Shown: in pieces, positions 8,945 through 16,689 of the stretch
Position numbering within the stretch: the first letter of the stretch is position 1
How the letters are laid out: every line of letters starts with the position of its first letter
Assembly (NCBI GenBank): GCA_034440315.1
Contig: JAWXBT010000236.1
Coordinates: forward strand, 1 to 26,651
From: a bacterium
Lineage (GTDB): Bacteria; Bdellovibrionota_C; UBA2361; J135
Direction: 5' to 3'
DNA: 26,651 nt
The notes under the pieces: generated by a model
Database searches by the model: none
Seen by the model: the letters and a program-made list of their open reading frames with translations, nothing else
Told to the model about the DNA's origin: nothing
Position numbers and translations under genes: made by a program

Positions 8945-9811
8945 ATGCAAAAACACTTTTTATTCATCTTCCTTGTTTGTAGTTTTTTGTCATGTGCTAC
9001 AGCTCCAGATCCAGTGCCAGTTTCTAAATTAGATGCTTCTTTTACCAAAAGAGGTGAATACTTTGTAAAAAGCCTTGCGGCATGTGGTTTCTGCCATGGA
9101 AAGGAGGGTACTCCAGAATCAGAACTATCCGGTGGTCGTATTCAGTTGGATACTTATGGAGAAGCTAGAGCTCCGAATCTTACTCCAGGTTCAAAAGAAA
9201 TGAAGGATAGAGATCCATATACATTAGTAAATGCAATTCGACTTTCTTGGTTAAAAGAAGAAGGATTCTCTCCGGCTTTTCATAGAGGCTTTGAATGGTT
9301 ATCTGATACTGATGCACTTTCAATATCTTCATATTTAAAGTCTTTGCTTGCAGTAGAAAACCATGTTGATAGACGATCAGTTGGATTTTTTACAAGAAAT
9401 ACAGTGGGACTTTTCGAATCAACTGCTCAAGATGTTCCTGGATTTGTTCCACAAGTTTCTAATTTAGAAGTTGAAAAATATGGAGAATATTTAACGGATC
9501 ATGTTGCACGATGCGGACGCTGCCATAATTCAGCCGCGACAATGCTGAGTAGTGAGGGATATCTCAAGGGTGGACAAGAGATTTATGTTGATGGTGAATC
9601 TAAGGTTGCCCCATCTATAACTTCTAATACTGAGGTTGGAATAGGTAACTGGAACGAGGATGATATTGTTGCATATCTAAGAACTGGAGTAACTCCAGAT
9701 AAACGAGAAATTGATGCCAAATTTTGTCCAATTAAATTTTATAGGTTGGCAAACAATCAAGACTTAGCAGCGATGGCAAAATATTTAAAAAATGTATCGG
9801 TTTCACAATAA
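8945..9811 (+). CDS. Diheme class I cytochrome c, probable lipoprotein (ADH/gluconate dehydrogenase cytochrome-subunit-like fold)
   Basis: CGFCH (9083-9097) and CGRCH (9512-9526). Family motifs RGEY, APNLTP and GIGNW. Short signal peptide ending FLS-C17. Confidence 0.85.
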   Translation: MQKHFLFIFLVCSFLSCATAPDPVPVSKLDASFTKRGEYFVKSLAACGFCHGKEGTPESELSGGRIQLDTYGEARAPNLTPGSKEMKDRDPYTLVNAIRLSWLKEEGFSPAFHRGFEWLSDTDALSISSYLKSLLAVENHVDRRSVGFFTRNTVGLFESTAQDVPGFVPQVSNLEVEKYGEYLTDHVARCGRCHNSAATMLSSEGYLKGGQEIYVDGESKVAPSITSNTEVGIGNWNEDDIVAYLRTGVTPDKREIDAKFCPIKFYRLANNQDLAAMAKYLKNVSVSQ

Positions 9812-9814
9812 CTC

Positions 9815-10822
9815 ATGTTTGTTTTAGGAATTGAAACTAGTTGTGACGAAACAGCCATTGCCTTACTCAAATGCGAAAATGGCAAATCGATCATTTTAGC
9901 TGAAGAGATCTCGTCACAAACAGAGGTGCATGAACTGTATGGTGGAGTTGTCCCCGAACTTGCTTCAAGAGAACATCTAAAAAACTTACCTATTGTTCTT
10001 AAGAAAGTATTAGAAACTGCAAAATTTAGTATTAAAGATATTGACTTAATTTCAGTCACACGAGGACCGGGACTGAAAGGCTGCTTACTTATGGGATTAC
10101 AGTTTGCAAAAGGGTTGTCTCAAAGTCTGGGACTACCTCTTGTGGGTGTTAATCATATTGAAGGACATGTATTAGCACCAATGCTTGATAACGAATCTCT
10201 CAAATTTCCTTATCTTTGTTTAGTAGTCTCTGGTGGACATACTGAGCTTCATGAAGTTAAAGATGTCGGAAATTATAGATTAATTTCTAAAACATCTGAT
10301 GATGCAGCTGGAGAAGCTTTTGATAAATCTGCACATTTGTTAGGTTTGACCTATCCAGGAGGTCCGCAACTTGCAGCACTTGCAGACAATGCAAGATCTT
10401 CAACCTATATTTTGCCAAAAGTCATGCGAGGCCAAGAGGGCTTTAGTTTTTCTGGATTGAAAACGGCAATTTCATTACTAATTAAACGTGAATCTGGCAC
10501 AAATGCAGATCAAGTAAAAAAAGAATCTCTTTGTTACGCCATTCAAGAAGCGATTGTTGAGACCTTAATGTACAAAGTTAATATTGCACTCAAAGAGACC
10601 GGGCTTAGATCTTTTTGTATAACAGGTGGAGTTGCTGCAAATAAAAGACTTAGAGAGGTGGCCTCCTCTCTCAAAGGCATTAATACTTATTTTCCAGATT
10701 CTAAGCATTCAACGGATAATGGTGCCATGATAGGCTATGTAGGATACTTAAGATTTCTTAAAGGCCAAAGATTAGGTTTATCCGAGAGTGCGTTAGCTCG
10801 TTGGCGCATAGAAACATTATAA
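9815..10822 (+). CDS. tsaD: tRNA N6-threonylcarbamoyltransferase TsaD
   Basis: Motifs LGIETSCDETA, GGVVPELASREH, NHIEGH, VSGGHT, DDAAGEAFDK and TDNGAMIG. Confidence 0.97.
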   Translation: MFVLGIETSCDETAIALLKCENGKSIILAEEISSQTEVHELYGGVVPELASREHLKNLPIVLKKVLETAKFSIKDIDLISVTRGPGLKGCLLMGLQFAKGLSQSLGLPLVGVNHIEGHVLAPMLDNESLKFPYLCLVVSGGHTELHEVKDVGNYRLISKTSDDAAGEAFDKSAHLLGLTYPGGPQLAALADNARSSTYILPKVMRGQEGFSFSGLKTAISLLIKRESGTNADQVKKESLCYAIQEAIVETLMYKVNIALKETGLRSFCITGGVAANKRLREVASSLKGINTYFPDSKHSTDNGAMIGYVGYLRFLKGQRLGLSESALARWRIETL

Positions 10823-10831
10823 ATAAACAGA

Positions 10832-11659
10832 ATGAAGATTAAAGATCAATTGGAAAGTATGGATCTTCGACCCACAAAGGGAAGAGGCCAAAACTTTCTT
10901 TTTGATCAAGGCGCAATTCATGAAATTGTGAAATTTGGATCTGCAAAGAAAGGTGATAAAATTGTTGAGATTGGTCCGGGACTCGGTGCTCTAACTCAAG
11001 AATTAGTGCCTTATGGGGATATTACTGCAATAGAAATTGAAGAGAAGTTTGCTACTAGATTAAAGGGACTTTATCCTGAGATAAAAATTATAAGTCAAGA
11101 TGTTCGCCAAGTTGATTTTTCTCAGGTCGGAGATAATTTGGTAGTATTTGGCAATTTGCCGTATTCACTTTCTACAGACATTGTTTTTCATGTTTTATCG
11201 TATGCTCAAGTAATTGATCGGGCAATTTTTCTCTTACAAAAAGAATTTGTTCAAAGAATGGCTGCAGAGCCAGGTGGTAAAGAATATGGAACTTTATCTG
11301 TTGGTTGCCAACTTTCTGCTCAAGTAAGAAAAGGCCCAATTTTTGCTGGAAATCTATTTCATCCCCCAACTCGCGTTGAATCTCAAGTTGTAGAGCTTAA
11401 GATGCGCAAAGATAACCCTTATTTTTTATCTCATATTGAAAGAGTGTTGTTCCAAAGAGTTGTCAAAGCTTCATTTTTTAAGAGGCGCAAGAAACTTATT
11501 AATAGCATTAAAGAATCCGGTTTTTTTAAATCAGAGGATGTTGTCTCGGCTTTAAACTCTTCTGGCTTAGATATTGGTGCGAGAGCCGAAACTATTTCTG
11601 TAAAAGAGTATGTTGCTTTGACAAAGGAATTTGCTTTAATCAATTCAATTAGGCTCTAA
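10832..11659 (+). CDS. rsmA: 16S rRNA adenine dimethyltransferase RsmA/KsgA
   Basis: Motifs GQNFL, EIGPGLGALT, GNLPY, LQKEFVQRM, YGTLSV and RAETIS. Confidence 0.96.
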   Translation: MKIKDQLESMDLRPTKGRGQNFLFDQGAIHEIVKFGSAKKGDKIVEIGPGLGALTQELVPYGDITAIEIEEKFATRLKGLYPEIKIISQDVRQVDFSQVGDNLVVFGNLPYSLSTDIVFHVLSYAQVIDRAIFLLQKEFVQRMAAEPGGKEYGTLSVGCQLSAQVRKGPIFAGNLFHPPTRVESQVVELKMRKDNPYFLSHIERVLFQRVVKASFFKRRKKLINSIKESGFFKSEDVVSALNSSGLDIGARAETISVKEYVALTKEFALINSIRL

Positions 11660-12553
11660 ATGACCAAACCGTTCGAAGTGAAAAAACTCAGTGAGTATCA
11701 ACGTCAGATGGATCGTTTCGAAAATGTAAATGATGCTTACATCCTTCCCGATGTTCGTTTAGTTGTTCGAATGGATGCACATAGATTTGGAGAAGGTTGG
11801 ACACATCTGGCAAAAGAAGAATATCCCTATAGCAGCCGTCTTGTTGAGGCTCTGATCGGCACAGCTAAAAAATTAATGTGCCTAGATATTCGAGTCAGTT
11901 ACTCTTTTATTCATGGAGATGAGATCTCATTATTATTCGATAAGATTGAAAGCACTGGTCTAAGACGTCGCGCTAAGCTTTTAACGCATCTAGCTAGTGC
12001 CGCCGCTGTTTTCTTTTATGAAGAATATAAATTGCCAGTATTTTTCAGATCTAAATTATCTGAATTGCCTTCTGATGAGCACGTTCTTGATTATTTTTTC
12101 TGGCAGAGAAAAGTTGCCCATAGAAATTATTACTCATCTGTCTTATCTCATATTTTGACTAAACAAGGTTTGTCACCTCAAGATATTAATCAGAAAATTA
12201 CTGGACTAACTGAAGAAGAGTATCCCAAAGTTGCAAGTCAAGCTGGTATCAAACTTGCAGAAATACCACCAACTTTTCTTACTGGCGCAGGCTTATGGTG
12301 GAATAAAAATGAAGATCAAAATTTTGAAATTGAAATAGCTAAAAGCTTACCTAAAGAAGATACGAAATACTTAAATTTGCTACTAGATAAAATCAACGCC
12401 CCAACTTTTATTCCCGAAGTGGCTGGAGCGAATATTTCTGAGAAATCTGCTTCTGATTCTTCCGTTTCAAAAGTTCACAGTAAAGATAAAAACACTTCAA
12501 TCGGATTTCGAATTACAGGAAATAAAGGCGCAAAGGTTATTAATCCGAAATAG
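11660..12553 (+). CDS. Thg1-like protein (tRNA-His guanylyltransferase family 3'-5' polymerase), divergent
   Basis: VVRMD(39), HGD(87)E(88)ISLLF, RRRAKLLTHLAS and DYFFWQRKVAHRN match the Thg1/TLP blocks RLDG, QSDEISL, RRASKFMTH and DYFxWRxxDAHRN. Confidence 0.82.
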   Translation: MTKPFEVKKLSEYQRQMDRFENVNDAYILPDVRLVVRMDAHRFGEGWTHLAKEEYPYSSRLVEALIGTAKKLMCLDIRVSYSFIHGDEISLLFDKIESTGLRRRAKLLTHLASAAAVFFYEEYKLPVFFRSKLSELPSDEHVLDYFFWQRKVAHRNYYSSVLSHILTKQGLSPQDINQKITGLTEEEYPKVASQAGIKLAEIPPTFLTGAGLWWNKNEDQNFEIEIAKSLPKEDTKYLNLLLDKINAPTFIPEVAGANISEKSASDSSVSKVHSKDKNTSIGFRITGNKGAKVINPK

Positions 12554-12827
12554 TCATGCTCTAAGTACTTAATATTAATAACAGTTGTCATTGATACTTA
12601 GACATATAACTAACTTCATAATAATTTTCTCGAACAGACCTTTGGCTCTCATGTTTTTTGTAATGCCAACTGCTACTTATCTCCGCCCCAGCCTCGCTGC
12701 GAATGGGAGCCCCTAAAAATTACATAAAAGAGAGAGTCGATTTAGTGCCTTAATCTTTCACAGTCGTATTACTTTTATAAATAGGGTATATAAGTCTCTC
12801 AACTCACTGTTTATTTTATGTTTATTA

Positions 12828-14285
12828 ATGAAAGAAATGACTGTACGAAAGCTAAATCAATCTAGCTCAGAGGAAGATTCAGATAAGCACAATGCTCAAA
12901 TTGATGTCAGAGCATTGATGGCTGAGATACGAGCCTCAGTTATAAATAAAATTTCTGATGCCAAAGATAGCCGTTTACCTTTTATTCCAGAAAAGCCTGA
13001 TGTAAATCGTGGTGAGAGAAAGGCTGGAGAGCTTCTGCATTCTGAGGAGCTTAGATATATTAATCAAAACCACGCTTATGCACTTTCAGCTCTTAGGCCT
13101 GATTCAATCAAATCGCATCGACCAATTATTGGAAAAATTATTGTAAAAATAAAAAGAAAGATCTTATCTTTTTTCTGGGAGGGGCTTTTTAAAGGGTACT
13201 TTCAAGCTGAGAAAGAATTTCAATCCAATCTTGTTAGATATTTAAATGATGTTGCAAAATATGTTGATGATCGAGATGCCTTTATTTTTTGGGAATTAAT
13301 CAGAAAAATTGATTACGATGTTAATAAAGCTATAGAGAGAATTGAAAGAATTAATGACGAACAAAATGCTTCGATTATTACATCTGAAAGACGAGTAACC
13401 GTTGCTGTTAATGAGGCACTTTCGCGCCTCACTCATTTAGATACTGACCTTAGAGGATTGAGTGTAAAGATTGATACACTTGACTCAGTTGCAAGAGGTC
13501 TTGAAAGAATAATTAATTCAATTTCTCAACGAGCAACAATCGGTGCCTCATCTACAACGGCGTCTAGCTCTCAGGATACTGAAGCACCAATCGATTATTC
13601 ATATTTAATACTCGAAAATCGTTATCGTGGTAGTGAAGAGGTGATCTCTGAGAGAATGTCTTTTTACGTTCCAATTTTTAAAGATATAAAAGACCCAGTT
13701 CTTGAAATTGGAGGTGGTCGCGGAGAACTTCAATTATTATTTAAGCAAAATGACATACCGTCGTATTGTGTAGAGATGGATAAAGCCATGGTTGAAGCTT
13801 CTAAAGCAAAAGGTGTTGATGTTCGATATGGAGACGGTATTAAACATCTTGAGTCAGTAGCTGATGGATCATTGGGAGGTGTCGTAGCCATTCAAGTGAT
13901 CGAACATTTAACTACTGCCCAGCTTAAAACCTTAGTTTCTTTATGCCTAAGGAAAATTAAGAAGGGTGGCAAGGTTGTTTTTGAAACAATCAATACTGAA
14001 TCCATGGTTGCTTTAGCCAGAAACTATTTTAGAGACCCAACTCATGTGTTTCCACTTCATCCTGAAACGATGCGATTTACATTAGATCTTCTAGGATTAC
14101 GTGTTCTTGACGTTCATAAACTCTCTCCATACTCAAAGGAATCTTCTCTTGAAGAATTAGAAGTAAAAGAATTCATGACTCCACGTTGGGCTGAAGCAAC
14201 AGAAAAACTCAATAGAAATATTCGTCGTTTGAATGAGCTTCTCTACGGATATCAAGATTACTGTATCGTATCCGAAGTCGTTTAG
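12828..14285 (+). CDS. Class I SAM-dependent methyltransferase with N-terminal amphipathic helix and coiled coil; probable glycan-capping methyltransferase
   Basis: C-terminal domain with ENRYRGS, VLEIGGGRGE, QVIEHL and FRDPTH. Preceded by a heptad-like helical region. First gene of a glycosyltransferase cluster. Confidence 0.8.
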   Translation: MKEMTVRKLNQSSSEEDSDKHNAQIDVRALMAEIRASVINKISDAKDSRLPFIPEKPDVNRGERKAGELLHSEELRYINQNHAYALSALRPDSIKSHRPIIGKIIVKIKRKILSFFWEGLFKGYFQAEKEFQSNLVRYLNDVAKYVDDRDAFIFWELIRKIDYDVNKAIERIERINDEQNASIITSERRVTVAVNEALSRLTHLDTDLRGLSVKIDTLDSVARGLERIINSISQRATIGASSTTASSSQDTEAPIDYSYLILENRYRGSEEVISERMSFYVPIFKDIKDPVLEIGGGRGELQLLFKQNDIPSYCVEMDKAMVEASKAKGVDVRYGDGIKHLESVADGSLGGVVAIQVIEHLTTAQLKTLVSLCLRKIKKGGKVVFETINTESMVALARNYFRDPTHVFPLHPETMRFTLDLLGLRVLDVHKLSPYSKESSLEELEVKEFMTPRWAEATEKLNRNIRRLNELLYGYQDYCIVSEVV

Positions 14286-14306
14286 ATCGTAATAATAGGA
14301 ATTTCT

Positions 14307-15380
14307 GTGGCAAATATATTAGTTCTAGGTGTTAAAATTCCATTTACAAAAGGTGGAGCTGAAACTTTAGTAAATACCTTAGTGAAAGAATTAAAAGCTC
14401 GAGGTCATGATGCAGATACTGTAGAGCTACCCCTTTCGTTTAATTCTAAAGAAGCCTCATTAGGTCAGTCGGCTCTTTGGCGAACTGTGGATCTTTCAAG
14501 CTTTGGTGGTAAAAATGTAGATTTAGTAATTGCCACAAAATTTCCTTCCTACTATGCAAAATTTCCTAAGAAATCTGTTTGGCTAGTCCATCAATATCGT
14601 GAATCTTATGATCTTTATGGAACTCGATTTAGTGATTTTTCTGACGATCCACGTGATGAGGCTCTTAGAAGAATGCTGACTGATGCAGATCGAAAAGTTC
14701 TTTCAGAATGTTCTTATATTTCTGGAATTTCAAAAAATGTAGTTGATCGTTTAAATAAATATAATGATCTCTCAGGCGAAGTTTTGTATCCACCACTACC
14801 ATTAGGTAATAAGTATCAATCTGGAAATTTTAGTGATTATATTTTATCTGTTGGTCGAATCTGCACAATTAAACGTGTCGATATGGCCATAAAAGCCTTA
14901 CCAATTGTTCATAATTTCATCAAATTAAAAGTAGTCGGTACTCCTGATGAAGGCGGAGTGATGGAGTATTTTAAGAATGAAATTGATAAACATCATCTTT
15001 GGGATCGAGTTGAATTTCTAGGTCGTGTTTCCGATGAAGAACTAATTAATCTGTATGCAAATTCTTTAGCGGTTTATTATGCTCCATTTGATGAAGACTA
15101 CGGCTATGTAACACTTGAAGCGTTTGCCTCAAAAAAACCAGTTATTACAGCCCAAGATAGTGGTGGTGTTCTTGAATTTGTAAAGCATGAAGTCAATGGT
15201 TTAGTAGTTGAACCAACCATAGATGCAGTTGGACACGGAATAAATAAACTTGTCGAAGATCGAGAGCTAGCTAAAAGACTAGGTTTGCAAGGTTATAAAT
15301 TTATTGAAAGCTCTGGTCTAATGACCCATGGCTGGGAACATGTAATCTCACGATTAATTTCACCTCTTAATCTTAGTTAA
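14307..15380 (+). CDS. Glycosyltransferase family 4 (GT-B)
   Basis: GTG start with AGGA upstream. Motifs GGAE, SVGRI...IKRVD and EDYGYVTLE (E-X7-E), followed by SKKPVIT...GG. Confidence 0.9.
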   Translation: MANILVLGVKIPFTKGGAETLVNTLVKELKARGHDADTVELPLSFNSKEASLGQSALWRTVDLSSFGGKNVDLVIATKFPSYYAKFPKKSVWLVHQYRESYDLYGTRFSDFSDDPRDEALRRMLTDADRKVLSECSYISGISKNVVDRLNKYNDLSGEVLYPPLPLGNKYQSGNFSDYILSVGRICTIKRVDMAIKALPIVHNFIKLKVVGTPDEGGVMEYFKNEIDKHHLWDRVEFLGRVSDEELINLYANSLAVYYAPFDEDYGYVTLEAFASKKPVITAQDSGGVLEFVKHEVNGLVVEPTIDAVGHGINKLVEDRELAKRLGLQGYKFIESSGLMTHGWEHVISRLISPLNLS

Positions 15381-15381
15381 T

Positions 15382-16689
15382 ATGACTATATTAAACTCAA
15401 AATTGAGAGTTGCTTGGTTTTCACCACTTAACTTTGATGGCAAAGTAAGGTCTTCATCTACATCAGCATATTTTACTGATCTTGTAAGTAATAAATTAAA
15501 AACTTCTTTCGAAATTGATTTTTATACTGATGCAGATGGAGAATATCAAGGAACACCAACCTTGAATTACCTCTCTTTTTATCAACATCACCGCAAAAAT
15601 CCATATTCAATAGTCTTCTATCAATTTGAAGATTCAAAGGCTGCAAATTTTGTAAGAATGCATCTTGGATTAATTCCTGGGATTACTCTTTTTCATGATT
15701 TGCTAATTAAAGAAGAGATGCCACCACCTTTAACCTTTAGTGCCTGGCCTGAAATTTTGAAAGGTTTTAATCAAAATTCCTTAACTTTCCCAAAAAAATA
15801 TCCACAACCCGATCGTGGTCCTTTTGCTTATAGAGAAGTATCGTTATCACCAGTATCACTTTTTACTTCACAGAGACTTTGTGGAGAAGCAAAAAGATTA
15901 GTTCCTGATTTTATTGGCTCGAATGAATATCAAGGTCAACTCAGTAAGTTATATCTGCCCATGCCTACCTCAGATAATGTCCAATTGAGTATGCGCGATA
16001 AATCTAAAGATGTGCTTGAAATAGTTTTTGCTGGAGACGTTGGAGTTGAACATCGTGCTCACAAAGTTCTCTTAGCCTTAAGAGAAGTCAGTATTGATTA
16101 TCGACTTAAATGGCTTGTTTCTAATAAAGATATATCTAGGGCTAAAGAGTTATGTTCAGAATTTGCTGTTCTGAATGTCGAAATATTAGTTGAAAAATCT
16201 CCGAAAAAATGGAGTGAGTTAGTAGCTAAGTCTGATCTTGCTTTACACACTCTTTTTAGTGTCTACGGAACACCAGGCCCTTATTTACAAATCAGTCTTA
16301 TGGCTGGAACACCGTCAGTCGTTACTGATTTTGCAGAAGGCGAGTATATTCCAAATGATGTAGTTTTTAAAATTGAGCCAGGCAATCAAGAAGCTCAACA
16401 ACTTTCTAAGACTATTGAATCGTTTTATTTCTTGAAGTTAGATGAACGAGAAGCTATTTCAAAAAATGCTCGTAGATATGCCTTGGAAAATTATGCATCA
16501 AACGTAACTGCTGAAAATCTTAAAGATATATTTTTAAGAGAGGCTCCATTTTTCTCCAACATCTATAGACATTGGCAAGATATTGAAATGTTCGGTCGTC
16601 AAGAAGTTTTGGCGGCAAATTTTGAGATTTTCGATCAAAAATACTTACATGATGCATTTAAAGAGCTTGGTTTTTTGGAGAATGCATGA
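15382..16689 (+). CDS. GT-B/GT4-like glycosyltransferase with a degenerate donor-binding motif
   Basis: RVAWFSPL, ITLFHDL and MAGTPSVVTD fit a GT-B fold. The E-X7-E position reads GTPGPYLQI. Lies between two clear GT4 genes. Confidence 0.65.
   Translation: MTILNSKLRVAWFSPLNFDGKVRSSSTSAYFTDLVSNKLKTSFEIDFYTDADGEYQGTPTLNYLSFYQHHRKNPYSIVFYQFEDSKAANFVRMHLGLIPGITLFHDLLIKEEMPPPLTFSAWPEILKGFNQNSLTFPKKYPQPDRGPFAYREVSLSPVSLFTSQRLCGEAKRLVPDFIGSNEYQGQLSKLYLPMPTSDNVQLSMRDKSKDVLEIVFAGDVGVEHRAHKVLLALREVSIDYRLKWLVSNKDISRAKELCSEFAVLNVEILVEKSPKKWSELVAKSDLALHTLFSVYGTPGPYLQISLMAGTPSVVTDFAEGEYIPNDVVFKIEPGNQEAQQLSKTIESFYFLKLDEREAISKNARRYALENYASNVTAENLKDIFLREAPFFSNIYRHWQDIEMFGRQEVLAANFEIFDQKYLHDAFKELGFLENA

Noticed and set aside
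2802-10822. tsaB and tsaD within 6.3 kb as a functional cluster
   Set aside because: Each sits in its own typical neighbourhood, separated by unrelated and opposite-strand genes.
12670-12695. GGGGCGGAG on the minus strand resembling the ops/JUMPstart element (GGCGGTAG)
   Set aside because: Wrong strand for the glycan operon and lacks the TAG of ops.
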